Assembly (NCBI RefSeq): GCF_036321535.1
Contig: NC_087436.1
Location: 50,594,001-50,658,000 of the forward strand
Direction of reading: 5' to 3'
From: Camelus dromedarius
Lineage: Eukaryota
DNA length: 64,000 nucleotides
The notes below the pieces were generated by a model. It was not told the DNA's origin. It saw only the letters and a list, made by a program, of their open reading frames with translations, and made no database searches. Positions 24,179 to 37,484 of this stretch are shown piece by piece. The position numbers and the translations under genes were made by a program. Position 1 is the first letter of the stretch. Each line of letters begins with the position of its first letter.

Positions 24179-25587
24179 GTACGTCTTTGCCTTAACTGAA
24201 CATGACTTTAATAGCTTAAATTTCCTTTAGAAACAATATAAATTTCTTTGCATTAGTTAACTTTTTAAAATATATGAAAATATTGCTTTTTAAAAAATAA
24301 ATACAGACATTCACATAAATTTATTAAATTTCCATTACATATGCAGAAGTTTTAAAATAAGCATGATTCTGATTAATTACTAACACTATGTCTTTGGAAG
24401 CTTCTCACTCAAGCATATATAAATAACTTTAAAATGGCCTTTTTATGCTTGAAAGTGAGTGTTAAGAACGTGTGTGTGTTTTGTTAGCAGTTCGACTAAG
24501 GTTTCTGTTGGTTCTCTTAACTTTATTTGTTCTTCCTGTTGTGGTTTTGTGTAAAAGTTGTATTTCCTTTTAAATTATAATCCCTAGTGCCCAAGAGCAG
24601 ATCCTCTTTTATTGATTTATTTACTATACATAATAGCATGCCTAAAATTCTTTGTGGTATAGCATAATGGAAAGAACATTAGGCAGAAAGTCAGGGAAAC
24701 TAAATTAGAAATATAATGTTGCCACTAATTAGTATTTCACCTTACACAAGCTCTTTGATTTCTCTGGGCCTCACATTCATAAACAAAAAAGGATAGATTT
24801 GTATTAGGGGATTTCTTAAGATGCCTTCTGGCTCCTAATGCTTTTTATTCCTCCTATAAATCTTTAATAAATATTTAATGATGATATCTAATTTTGCCTA
24901 AAATGTAGCACTCTGAATCTTCATTCATTCTAACCAGTCTTCCGGTGATAAGATCTTCATTATAAAAAGCAATTTTACTTATAGAAAAGAATCAGCAGAT
25001 ACTGTTAGTCTCTAAGAAAGGCAGAGTGTCTCTTAATTTATCACTGCTGATTAATGCTTAAGCAAACAATTCATAAAATATCTCTTTCTACCAGGGAACA
25101 ATGAGCAGCATTTGACCTTTGACTGTATCACCTTAGACCAGAGCTGCAGCTAGGGTTTGCTTTCCTGACAATGTAGAAAGGAAGCTGCTTTTTGCTTTCA
25201 TGCTCTGGTAATTGTACCTTCAAGGTGTTTCTAGGACCTCATAGTAGCAGACCAAGTATTTGTTTTACGGTGCCCCCAAATATAATTTTGCTCAATGTCC
25301 CATTAATAGCTATTGGGCTTCCAGAAATTTTGAAAGGATTCGTTTCTCAATGTCAAAAAGTTGCCCCAGCAACCAAACAGAATACTTCCAATTTGATGGT
25401 GTTGTAGCTGTTAGGTGCATGATACCAGGAGGGCATCAGGGCTTTTCTGCTGCCACCTGTGGATACCCGTGGGTATGACGTTGATGTGATATATCTTACT
25501 AGAAAATTCTTGACAGCAGCTGTGTTTATTCCTTCATTAAAAATTAGTTCCTGGGCTTTTACGTATTTCTGTTGTTGTTCTTAATAG

Positions 25588-25685
25588 AATTGCTTCTACA
25601 AAAGCCACTGTAGAATATCAAAAAGAAGTTATAAGGCTATTGAGAGAAAACCTGAGAAGAAATCAACAGGCCCAGGATACCTCAA
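25588..25685 (+). CDS. CENPE: CENPE exon (98 nt, phase 2/1)
   Basis: taatag|AATT ... TCAA|gtgagt; [32 protein letters not shown]. Confidence 0.94.
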
Positions 25686-27272
25686 GTGAGTAGAAAATGC
25701 TGTTTCCCAGTCCTTCCCTTTCACTTCAATACACCTGTACATTTTGAAGGCTACTATTACAGATGTGACAGTCAAGAATAAATCTAAGTTAATCACTAAT
25801 TTAGAAAAAACTATTTTTCAAATGAATTCATTGGGCTCAAACTTATCCTGTGACATGTCCTTAGTTTAATCTTAACTGTTCACCCATTATAGATTCTTAG
25901 AAAATATGAATTTACTTTTGCATTAGCAGATCTTACATACAGTGATGATACCGTCAGTACTGTAACAGAATGGCTTAAATCTCAGGGTAGAAGTACACTT
26001 CCCAGTAAAACTACAAGCACATGTCCTAATAGACTGTAACCATATACACAGTAAAAATATTATCAGTTCACAGTAAAAATAAGTAATATCCTACTTGTTC
26101 TTAATACTGAAAATACAAAGTTGATGCATACTTGCAAACTCTTGGAAATTTATCTTAGGTACAATCTTCTAGTCTAAGGATCAAATTTCTGCATATCCAT
26201 CCCTCAAACTATACCTTTTTCCATATTTCTATCTCTTGTGTTACATTTGAGAAGAGAAATTGCTGACCAGCGCTTGGGGCAGCTTTGTGTAGTAGGGCAA
26301 TCATTGAACTAGTAGCCAGGGACAGGTCTCTGATTGCCCTCATTTGATGGCTGTGTGAAATCCTGGGGGCAGCACTGATCTAGCTCATATATATAATTGT
26401 TTTAAGGATCAAACTAAGAGTTATGTGTGTGAGCACAGTGAAAATTCTAAAGGTCAAGCAAACATAAGGTGATATTTGTGTGTATTGTTGTCCACTTAAA
26501 AAAAAAAAACAGAGATAGTATTAAGGATGATCACAGTTCCTACCTGGAAACCTCCACGGGATAAAAAGAGGGCTGAGAGCTCCTGGTTGTTACAGAAGAG
26601 CCAGGAGACTTTAGTCTTAATTTGTAAATGATTTTTAGGTACATGTTGTCCCTGAATTCAACATAATTCAAAAGGAAATGGTCATTGACTATCTTACCCA
26701 CACACACATTACCCTCTTTTTATAAATTGTCAGTAACTTATTCTGCTTTATAAGAAACTCACATTTTTATGCAATTTACCTAAAAGTTACAAAACAGTTC
26801 CTTACATTACTTTTATACACATAGAGCAGAGTACTTAATAATATATACTGTAATACATGCCAAGGTTTATTTAGTGAACAAGCATGTGTTGAGTTTCTGC
26901 AGTGCACTGAGTGACGGCGGGCACCCCACACACTGTAGGAAGAAGCCCTCCAGGTGAGCTCACCGATGGGGAAGATCAGTGAAGGACAGTTCTGTCTGAG
27001 GAGGGCTCTCACTGCTGCGGTCCTGGCGAACGGTCCCTGTAGAGTCACGGTAGTGGGGCTGGTAGGTGGAGAGAGGCAGGAGGATTCTAGTGCCATCTAG
27101 AATTAATGATCAAATAGGCATGTGAGAGAAGGAGGAAGTCAAGGATAACTTTCAGGGAGATGGTCGAGATATTTGGGGTTTTATAGTGACTCATTGCCTT
27201 TGTAATGTTTTCTTGATTTTAAACTTTGGAAATATTAAAATTATCACCTATCTGTGTTTTTGCCTCCCATAG

Positions 27273-27456
27273 TAGTATCAGAACATACTGATTCTCAGCC
27301 TTCAAATAAACCCTTAACCTGTGGGGGTGGCAGCGGCATTGTACAAAGCACAAAAGCTCTTATTCTGAAAAGTGAATATATACGGCTAGAAAAGGAAGTT
27401 TCTAAGTTAAAGCAGCAAAATGAACAGCTAATAAAGCAAAAGAATGAACTATTAAG
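27273..27456 (+). CDS. CENPE: CENPE exon (184 nt, phase 1/2)
   Basis: ccatag|TAGTA ... TTAAG|gtaaga; [34 protein letters not shown]... Confidence 0.95.
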
Positions 27457-28737
27457 GTAAGATCTGCTTACGCGATACAGAAATTGTACTTACGACTGTT
27501 ACATTTGGAGGAGGATGATATAGACACATAAATGTTTTTGCAGTTGGCAACCCTTCATACATATGGAAAAAGTAATTTTTAAAGTTCAGGTACTATGTCT
27601 TTTTTAAAAGGTGATTTTTTAAAAGCGTCAATCCAGATGTTTGCTATCTATCAACTGACTTGTTTTTAACTAAGCCAAGAGCCAGGAAGTTAAAAAAAGG
27701 ATCTTTGAGGGGCAGCTTAAATATACCACAAGTTCGAATGCCCAAGTCAGTGAGGCCTTTATTCAAGGAAGAACCCCTTACTTAGTTTTACTTTATAAAC
27801 AGTTCTAACAAATTTAATTATTTGGCTTCTACCAAAGATTAGAATCTTGTGCTAACCTTTGTCAGTGACACAAAAGAAGAAAAATAGGCATTAAACAAAT
27901 AATTGCACAAATAACTAATTCTTTGTGATGAGTGCTGTAAGCAAAGAGCAACAAAAAGGACATTATGAAAGGGATCAGACCATGTGCAGGTGTGGGGAGG
28001 GGTGGTGATCAGGAGACCAATCTATAAGAATAGACGTGAAAGACGAGCAGAAATTAGGCCAGATGAAAGGAGAGGCGGGTGAGCCTTCCAGGCTGAGGGA
28101 ACAGCATGTGCACAGGCTCTGAGTCAGGAAGAGTAGCCAGTAGGTGGAACTGAAAGACATGCAGTGTGGCCAGGGCATAGAAAATAGGACAGAGTGAGGT
28201 GCAAGACGAGTTGCCAGAGGTAAGTGGTCCAGGTTACACAGGCCTTTATAGGTCGTTCTGAGGACCTTTGGTATCTTAAACGTAATGGAAGGATTGTCAC
28301 CACTGGCAGAATTTCAGCCAAGGCCTGATGAGATCAGGTAGCATCTCAGTATAGGAGGCCACAATTTAGGGATCTGTTGTTGTGAAAGCAAAAGATAATT
28401 ATGGCATGGACTAGAATGGTGCAAATGGGAATAAAAATAAGGTGAATTATATATGTATCAACAGACGTGGCTGACAGAAAATAAAGGAGAGAAGGGCCAC
28501 TAGCATTGCTGCCCTGGTTTCTTTCTGGAGAACCTAGAAAAATGCTGGTGGCATTTCCTATAAGAAGCAAGACTATGAAATCCAGAAAAGCACCATGAAT
28601 CATTTCTCTTAAAATAACAAAAGTACATTACATTAGATCCATCTATCCAGAAGATTAATTTATCAAATTATGCCCACAAATTATCAATAGATAAACCCCT
28701 AGATGGTAAAATTAATTCATTTAAAAACCTAATATCT

Positions 28738-28885
28738 GGGGGGAGGTATAGCTCAAGTGGTAGAGCACATGCTTAACATACACAAGGTCCTGGGTTCAAC
28801 CCCCAGTGCCTCCATTAAAAAAATAAACCTAATTACCTCCCCCCAAACAAATGAAAGAAAGAAAGAAAAAAAAAAAAAAAAAACC
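28738..28885 (+). mobile_element. tRNA-derived SINE, camelid vic-1-like
   Basis: ggggaggtatagctcaagtggtagagc...gtcctgggttcaac, internal aaacctaattacctcccc, long A tail. TSD aaaacctaat(a/g)tc at about 28724 and 28886. Confidence 0.88.
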
Positions 28886-29166
28886 AAAACCTAATGTCAT
28901 GGTCTGCTTTCTTTTCAAAACTCTATGATTATAGAGATACACTACAATTACCCAATTTATAGTGACCTCATTTCATTTTCTGAACTGTGGAAATGTCCAA
29001 ACAGGAGCCATTAGGTTGAAGTTAAAATATAACGATGATAGAATGGTAAATTATATGTTATGTATATTTTACCACGATTTTTATACAATTTTTTGAAATG
29101 TGAACACATTGCAGGAATTGCAGTCTTATGGTCTCCCTTTTTTTTTTTTTTTCCTCCACATTTAAG

Positions 29167-29453
29167 CAATAATCATGATCTTTCCAATGAGGTCAAAACA
29201 TGGAAGGAAAGAACCCTTAAAAGAGAGGCTCACAAAGAAGTCACTAGTGAGAATTCTCCAAAGTCTCCTAAAGTGACTGGAACAGCCTCTAAAAAGAGAT
29301 ACCACCTGCCTTCTCAGTGCAAGGAGCGGAATGCCCAAGACCCTGTGCCAAAGGAATCACCAAAGTCTTGGATTTTTGATAGGCGATCAAAGTCTTTGCT
29401 GGTGCCTCCTCCAGTCCGCTATTTTGATAACTCAAGTTTAGGCCTTTGCGCAG
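29167..29453 (+). CDS. CENPE: CENPE penultimate exon (287 nt, phase 2/1), microtubule-binding tail
   Basis: tttaag|CAAT ... GCAG|gtaggt; [15 protein letters not shown]...SPKSPK...[14 protein letters not shown]. Confidence 0.94.
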
Positions 29454-29949
29454 GTAGGTAAATGTGCTGGTTACTTGGCAGTGGGGGGATAACAGTTGGA
29501 ACCCTGTATCATGTGGCCCACAGGGCACATGTAGACGAAAGGGACGATGTGGATCAAGCTCGCAGTGCGCAGACTTCACTGCTTCCTCTGTGTGAGAAGT
29601 TTCTCCAAAGCACAGGTCTGAAGTGCAATCACTTTTTACCCTAAGTGAAGTTTTTTGGGTTTTTTTGGTATGTAAAAATTTTGTGAGTTATTACTTAGCA
29701 AATCAAATGTGAAAATAAGACATTGTTTCTTTATACAAGAAAACCACCCCAAGTGAAGTCTTTATTCTGCCTCTTAGACCCTCAGCTTTTCCCAAGGATG
29801 GACAATCAACTCTCCCAAGGACATAAAGACACCACCCTATAAACAAAAATACTTTACCAGAAAAAGACTTTCTTATCAATTCAATGGGCTGGTATTTCCA
29901 ATAGGATTATGTTCAATTTACACAAGCCAGATCATAGACTTGTATCATT

Positions 29950-30730
29950 TACTTATTCATTCAATCAACAGAATTTGTTTTTATTTCAGCTCTGTGTCAC
30001 ATATTATACCCTAAGGATACATCAGTAAGCAAAACCAGATATGGTCCCTGCCCTCCTACAGCTTATAGTCTAATAGGTGTAGACAGTAATCAAGTAGTCA
30101 GGAAAACAAGAAAAATTCTAGAGTGCAAAAGGCTATGAGGCTTAATAGTTTTCTGTTTTAGGAATATTACGGAAGTGTTCCTGAAGAAGGGAACTGAGGG
30201 CTTAGAGGCTAATGGGAGTTAGCCTAACAAAGAGGGGAGGAAAAGGCATTCAGGCAGATGGAGCAGTGACAGCCCCAGCCAGGGTGGGAGGAAGCACAGT
30301 CAGGGAAGGGCCGACAGCAGTCTGGCATGGCCAAGGCGCAGTGCACACAGGCTGCTGTGGAAGCGGTCAGTGAGTCCAGAGAAAGGGGAGAGCCGGGTGC
30401 GTGGGGCTTTGTAGGTGGTATAAAGGAATTTAAACTTGACCTGGAAAGCATATAGAGGAAGCCTTTGAAAGATTTTAAATGCAAGGGAACGTGATGAGTT
30501 ATAAATTTTGAAAGCATTACCTCAGCTGTAAGGTAACCAACAAATCATAGGAGCAAGAGCTCGGCAGTTGCCTGAGCAAGGGTGACAGCACCAACTGGGG
30601 CAGGTGCAATAGATGGAGAGATGTGGACAGACAGGAGAGATTGCGGGGTAGAATCAGCTGTGCCAGGTGCCTGACTGGATGGAGTGGGGTGGTGTCAAGG
30701 ATCGCCCCCAGCTCTGGGGCTGCTGTGCAC
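29950..30730 (-). mobile_element. L2 LINE fragment (approximate)
   Basis: Starts ttattcattcaatcaacagaatttg; atggtccctgccctc...gcttatagtcta is typical of antisense L2. Confidence 0.65.
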
Positions 30731-31532
30731 AGAAGTGGGGGATGGGGCAGGAGCAGCTCTGTCACATGGTATGTGTCTGTCTTTCTCACCACGTAGCATT
30801 TCCCACATGCCCAGTTGTGCATGGCCACAGCCCTCTGTGACAGGATGTCTGCCTGTGAGAAATACCCTCCTGTGCGTTTCTAGAAATCTGAAGCAGCAGA
30901 CTTGGACACCAAGAGAGGCAGCTGCCGATCATGTAAAGCTCTGATCACAGGTTGCCAGGGCTTGTGAGAGCTTTACTTTGTGACGCCAAAGGCATCAATC
31001 CATTCTCATCAACTACACATCAGAATTGAATCAAGTCAGCAGTCTGACAGGTAGTAAGGAGCAGAGCAATTTGGAAAAAAATCTTGAACTATTCACTTCA
31101 TTCATTTAAAGACATAGTCCCAGCTTGAATTAGTAGAGTATCAGTCTAAAAAAATTTAATATCAGTTTCAATTTTAATTATAAAAGGAAATTTATATCAT
31201 CTCAAAGCTTAAGATAATAGCCAAGACCAGTTATGCTAGACTTACTTTAGATATTGTTTATAAACAAATAGATGCAGTTGAAGTGCTTTTTAAAGGCTCA
31301 AAGGAACCTTTAATTCTGAATTCGTCAGTTTTTGATTTTAGATTTCCCTCCAGCCTACTCTTATTTATTTCACTTAAAGATAGTATCAGAGAGATCCATG
31401 TTTAAAACACTTAGGCATTTTTATTTGAGGTTGGATTAATTCATATTATGCATGTGCCTTTGGCACTGTCAGATAAAATCAAAAGGTGATTATAAAACCT
31501 TAACAGTTTTTCCAAAGACTCTTCTAAAATGG

Positions 31533-31558
31533 GTGTGTGTGTGTGTGTGTGTGTGTGT
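31533..31558. repeat. (GT)13 microsatellite in the last CENPE intron
   Basis: Read directly from the sequence. Confidence 0.95.
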
Positions 31559-31856
31559 ACAGCACTTCACTTCAATGACTAGTATTTAACAAACATTTAC
31601 GGACCTTTCATTAGTTAGCATTTCCTTGGGAAACTTTTGCTGTATTTTATGAGAAAATGGGGAAGAAACTTCTCTAACTCTGATGAAGTGAAATCTACCT
31701 TTTTAGTGAGGACATTAACAACCATGTTTAAGTGCCATGTTTCACTCTTCATTTATCTCTGCTGTCCTCAGCATCCTTTCCACTTCAGTTTTATTTGGGT
31801 TTTGTATATTTTTTTTACTAAGATTACTTATATTTGGGTTTTTTTTTTTCCCTCAG

Positions 31857-31951
31857 AAGAACAAACTGCTGGAGCAGAGACCACGGATCCACAGACAGGT
31901 CCTTGGCACATCTCCTCAGGAAAAGATGTGCCCGAGTGCAAGACTCAGTAG
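31857..31951 (+). CDS. CENPE: CENPE last coding exon ending in the CAAX farnesylation motif CKTQ
   Basis: cctcag|AAGAA ... GKDVPECKTQ, TAG at 31949-31951. Confidence 0.96.
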
Positions 31952-32211
31952 ACACCTCTCTGTCACTTTCCTGGGGGCCCAGCGTTCCATGTTTGGAAAT
32001 GCCTGTGTTTAATACTTTATGTGTCTGTCGCCAGTAATGATGTCACGGTCCAACTTAATTTTAGTTCAGTTTTCACTTTGCCACTGGAAATGGAAGATGA
32101 AGGAACGGGATGCTTTCTCGTAATTTAGGATGGTGATAGCAATACCTTCTTCTTGAATGTGGTAATTCTTTAGAAGTTAAATAGTTTTATTTATTTATAT
32201 GTTTTGTAAAG

Positions 32212-32217
32212 AATAAA
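32212..32217 (+). terminator. Candidate CENPE polyadenylation signal (second AATAAA at 32389-32394)
   Basis: AATAAA 260 nt after the stop, preceded by an AU-rich ttatttatttat tract at 32187-32198. Confidence 0.6.
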
Positions 32218-33424
32218 GTTATTGGAGGAAATTTCCAATCTTTCCATGTATACATAAAGATACATTTTTATTAATGTAAAGTTATCCACATATGACTTAC
32301 AGAATTCCAATGCATAATTTGTAAATTAATATAAAGCATCATTTAAATAACAAAATTGCAGGCTCTTTTTTTAGTACCTTGAACATTTAATAAATATCTG
32401 GTTAGTTATTCTGAATCACAGCACCCTGTAATATTAACTCATGGTTTCTTGGTGGGTACTTGGTATATTTGGCTTTCCTCTCATCTTGTTTGTTAACTTA
32501 CAGAATTTTGCTGTAAAAACATGCACATGCATTCTGGATTTAGGTTGTTAAGGGATCGCAAGTGATATGACCTCTTCATTTTCTAGACCTAATCTTCCTT
32601 TTGCTGTAATAGCTGTAAAAGTTGTTTCTCGCGTTTCATTTAGCACCCACCCACTCCCTAGGCAAGCACTCTGAATTGGTAGGTTTGTTATTAGACTTTG
32701 TGCTCAATAGCACTTCATTCCCAGGAGGACGAGCCACACAGGTCATTTATTCTACCCTTTCACTTTAGACCAGGGGAAACAGCACCAGAGCTTCTGTCAA
32801 AGTAAAATTTCCTAAACCTGGGTCCCCACAGATACGTAAGGCATCTGAGGGGGACTTCATGCAGCCTGTAAAACCTCTGAAATTTAATGTTAACTTTTGC
32901 GTGTGGATTCATTTTTCTAGGATACTTTCTTTTACATCCCAGAGGAGTCTCTGACCCTATAAGAGGTTATGAACTAGGGTTGTAGAGAGTATCTGATATT
33001 TTATATCATATGACTTTGAAAAACCACATAAAACAGCAAGATGCATAAGGTTCAGAACAGAATTAGTGATTTGAAGGCATCCCTGGCTCTTGGGTAAGAA
33101 GATGTATTCAAAGAGAGCAGTTATGAATTGCATCATAGCAACCATTCTAAAGTCTCTGGATTGGACACTTAACATACTGTCACAAAAATTCACTAGGTCT
33201 AAGGAGAAAGTGTCCCCTCCCAGATCCTCCCCCAGGCCTGTTTTTCCTTCCCACCCTCACCCAAACAAGACACTAGAACAGCACCACAGGTTCGATTCTT
33301 TACAATGTCTGCTTCTTCCCTAAAGGGGTAGGTAAGTTCACCTGAATAATAAAACTACTTTAAAGGCCATTAAAAATATAATCAGTCATCAGGTTTCCAG
33401 TCTACTGGAATGTTGCTTAACTCT

Positions 33425-34798
33425 TAAATTTGGATGTCCATTTCCTTTCTTGGATTTGGGAAGATTTTGGCCATGACTTCTTCAACTTTTTGTCCCCATA
33501 TCTCTTCTTCTGGAAGTAAATGCTTATATTGGTCTGCTTGCTAAAAGACCTTAAGCTGTCTTCATTTTTCTTTTTTTTTTTTCTTTTTGCTTCTCTGACT
33601 GGATAATTCAAATGAGCTGTCTTCTACTTTGTTGATTCCTCTGCTGATCAAGTATGCTATTGAACTCCTCTAGTGAATTTTTCAATTCAATTGTAGTCTT
33701 TAGCACCAGAATTTGGTTCTTTTTTATAGTTTCTGCTTATTTGTTAATAGTCTCATTTTGTTCATGCATCATTTTCCTGATTTCTTAAGTCTGCATTCTC
33801 TTATAGATCATTGAGCTTCTTTAAAACTATTACTTTGAATTATTTGATAGATAATTCTTAAATCGCCATTTTTTGGAGCTGGTTTCTGGAGATTCATTTT
33901 GTTCCTTTGAATAGGCTATGTTTCTCTGCTGCTTTGTGTGCCTTCTGACCTGCTGAGTTTTATGCATTTGAAAAGACAGCCACGTCTCACTTCATACAGG
34001 GGAACACCCTCATCAGTCAGCTCACTTATAGATTCTTGGCGCCTCTGAAACCTTTTTTGGGGGACGCTGCTGCTGTGGGCTTGTGTGTGTGATCTGCCAA
34101 CTAGAGGTTGCCAATTTCTTTTTCAGGAGCTCAATCTCTTTCTCCCTCTGGTGTCTGTCTGCAGTACTGCAGGTGCTTTGGTGCTGCAGCAGGAAGCCAC
34201 CCCACTGTCCTTTTTTCTCATCGGCCCCCAAGGCATCCAAAGTAGTCAGCACCCGAAGTTAGGCGAGACACAAACCAGTCACTTGTGCAGCGGTCCAGAA
34301 AGCTGGAACACCAGACACACACCCTACTCTTCTTTCTCCCTCCCAAGAATAAAGCTTCAAGTTGGGCAACTTCTGACTGCAGAGCCACACCAGCCTCTGC
34401 TGGGGGCGCAGTAGGCCCTCTGGTGCCAAACCATGCCAGTGCCATCAGCACTGCAAGTCAGGCAAGGGGAACCAGTCCCTCAGGCAGCCCTCAAAAAGCT
34501 GGACCTTTGGGTGAATTTTCCATTCTTCTCTTTTCTCCTGTTCCCCATGATGGGGAAACTATGAACCAGGGCTAAGCTCTGCTGACCTGGGGGAGGGGTA
34601 GTCGCAGAGTGAAACAACTCTTCTCACCCACTTCAGCATGGCTCTTCTCAGCTTTGCGCTCACGTAGGGTACTGCAACTCCTTAACTGGCTTCTGAAGTT
34701 CTCAGCAAACTATTTTGGTCCATATGTTGTTGTTAAGTCGATGTCTGTCGGGGAAAGAGAGCTGGCACTTGTATTTCTCCATCTTGTTGACTGCCCAC
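33425..34798 (-). mobile_element. L1 5'UTR plus partial ORF1, 3'-truncated, with TSD
   Basis: Minus strand begins gtgggcagtcaacaagatggag (L1 5' end with a YY1-like caagatgg) and ends in ORF1-like gaaaatcttcccaaatc...gacatccaaatt. Direct repeat atgttgcttaactct at 33410-33424 and 34804-34818. Confidence 0.75.
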
Positions 34799-36067
34799 CT
34801 GGGATGTTGCTTAACTCTAATGATCTCAGTTTCAATATTGTGATGAGTGATTGTGAAGGAATGATGGAAATCAGCAATGGAAACTTATCAGAATGTTAAA
34901 AAGCAGTAATGTGGTCAGATGATACTAAAATGGCCTGAAAGGTAAAATCAGAGCCAGAGAAGACAAAATATATTTATTGCTCTTGGGAAACATGTTCCTG
35001 AGCCTGGCAGAATTATATTCAGGAAACTTGCTGAGAGCTCACCGTTCATACTCAGCAAATACTAAATGCCTACTGTGTGCTTAGCGTTGGTCTAGGCACC
35101 AAAAGGCACTGCCTTTGTGGAACTCATACTGTATTTGGAAAACAAATCACTCAGATACTTTTAACATGAGCTGATCACAATGTAAGGGTGAAAAAGGCAC
35201 AGTCCCTAGCCTTGAAGAAATTCAGTCCACTGACATCACAGATGGCTGAGCAAATACCTGCATGACCATGTGACTTAGGCTGCCATAGGGTAAGTAAGCA
35301 TCACTGCTGGAGCTCAGTGGATGAAGGGAGGCTGAAGGAAAAGTATTGGAGTTGGCCTTGACTAGAGAACTCTGTGTTCACCGAATGGCTATTCCGAAAT
35401 CCTCAAAAGTCAAAGGACAGGGATTGTTAGTACAGCAAGGAGCGCAGCTGGATGCTGTTACAGGTCATTAGCCCCAACATTAGAAGCTACAGTGGGCCAA
35501 TGAGGGTCCGTTACCAAAGACACGTGTAGCAATTAGGTCAGGGTGGGGTTTTTTTAAGGGCAATATTTGCTATTTATCATACTTGAATTTGTAGTCATCA
35601 CTAAAATTTATTTAGTACAAATGTAACGTTGTACTGATGGTTTTATATGCCAAGTCCTTCCTCCTCACAATATCTCTGAGGTAGATGCTATGATTATTTT
35701 ATAGATGAAAAAACAAGCTTTTAGAGTTCAGTGACTTACTTAGCTAGTGACGGAAAGATGTGAAACTTACCTTCATCCTTCTGACTCCACAGTCTGTTCT
35801 GAGCCACTGTGACTATTATAAATACATTTAGCCCCAAGAACAAAAAGTGATCTAGAGAAGTTTACATTTCTCACATAAGAAGTCCAGAGGAGTTAGTCTA
35901 GGGCTATTGTCTTGAGGTTGTCTTCAAGGAACCAGGTCCCTTTTCTCACCCTGCTATCTTTAATGTGTGCCTCTGACTTACACCAAGTCACAACATGGTT
36001 GCCACGTCCCAAGGCATATCTGCATTCCAGGAGGAAAGAAGGGAAGGAGCAAAAGTCAAAAGTCTTT

Positions 36068-36645
36068 CATGCATGCACCTGATGTTCATAGCAGCACTAT
36101 TTACAATAGCCAAGACATGGAAGCAACCTCAACGTCCATCAACAGATGACTGAATAAAGAAGTCGTGGTGTATATATGCAATGGAATACTACTCAGCCAT
36201 AAGAAAGAATGAAACAATGTCATTTCCAGCAACATGAATGGACCTAGACATTACCATACTAAGTGAAGTCAGACAGAGAAGGACAAATACATAATATCAT
36301 TTACGTGGAATCTAAAAAAATGACACAAATTAACTTAATTACAAAATAGAAAGAAACTTACAGAAATGGAAAACAAATTTATGGTTACCAAAGGAAAAGG
36401 TGGTGGAGGGATAAATTGTGAGTTTAGGATTAGCAGACACAAACTACCATATGCAAAATAGATAAATGACAAAGTCCTACTGTATAGCACAGAAAACTAT
36501 ATTCAATAACTCATAATAGCTCATATTGGAAAAGAATATATGTGTATAATTGAATCACCATGCTGTACACCAGAAACATTATAAAGCAACTATACTTCAT
36601 TATAAATAAACAAACAAACAAATAAATAAATAAGTAAATAAGCAA
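36068..36645 (+). mobile_element. L1 3' end with (TAAA/CAAA)n tail, inserted in an MLT1-like LTR
   Basis: atgttcatagcagcactatttacaatagccaagacatggaagcaacc ... tgtacaccagaaaca, followed by an A-rich tail. Confidence 0.88.
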
Positions 36646-37117
36646 GCAATCAAATTTAACCCCAGAAAATTTTTTTAATAAAACCCTGGGGGCGGGGGGG
36701 GATCCAAAGCCTTTTACCTTTCTATCCAAGAAGGAAGCCCTCCTCAGAGATTCCAGCCTGCATTTCATTGGCCAGCTCTAGCAGCAAAGGAGGCTAGGAA
36801 TTTGAGTGTTGTATTCCAAACTTCATAAGATAAAAGGCAGGGAAGTGAGTTGGATGGGTGTTGAGTGAGTGTCCTTAAATTTCACAAGCACAACATAGCC
36901 TACACAGTTACTAGGATCAGTTACATCCCTGATAAAGTATGAGTTACTAAGCCTGAAGGGCGGAATCAAATGATCTAGTCCATCCTTTTCAATCTGAGAT
37001 CTCTGTTCTCTTCAGCCAAACTTGATTTTTTGCTCTTACCCAACAGATATCTTGAAGTTCCCCAGGCCCGGCCCCCTCAGTGTACTCATGATACCTGCAT
37101 TCTGACACTAAAATGTA

Positions 37118-37132
37118 TGCCATCTAGTGGAG
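37118..37132 (-). promoter_or_regulatory. CTCF-like motif (reverse orientation)
   Basis: tgccatctagtggag, the reverse complement of CTCCACTAGATGGCA. Confidence 0.55.
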
Positions 37133-37484
37133 TTCAGGTAGATGTATTAATGTTAGGATGGACTGTGGGTGACAAAAGAACCAAAACCGTACTTTAAAAA
37201 CACAAGACAATTTTTATTTTCCTCCCTGAAAACAACTAGGTCAAGCACCAGGAAGGAAGGCTCCAGTATCTTCGGTGACCTGGATTCCTTCTATTTTATT
37301 GCTTTGCTAACTGCCACATGCAATTTCTGGCTCATTCAATCTTAAGTTCCCCCAGAGCAGCATATAGTAGGTGCAAATAAAAGAGAACGACTTAGGTTAT
37401 ATTAGTGAAGGAAAGGGTTTCCAGGTTCTAAGTATTTGCCACGTCTCACCCTCTACGTACTTGGAGTTAACAGTTCTACCTGGT

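Larger units (their letters stand above)
686..31951 (+). other. CENPE: CENPE gene, 3' portion (5' end including the motor domain lies upstream of the window)
   Basis: A chain of GT-AG exons with consistent phases translates to the CENP-E stalk and tail (e.g. [34 protein letters not shown]) and ends in CKTQ*. Confidence 0.97.

Noticed and set aside
28738..28815. tRNA gene
   Set aside because: The tRNA-like head is followed by a SINE body, an A tail and a TSD, and three diverged copies occur in the window, so it is a SINE.
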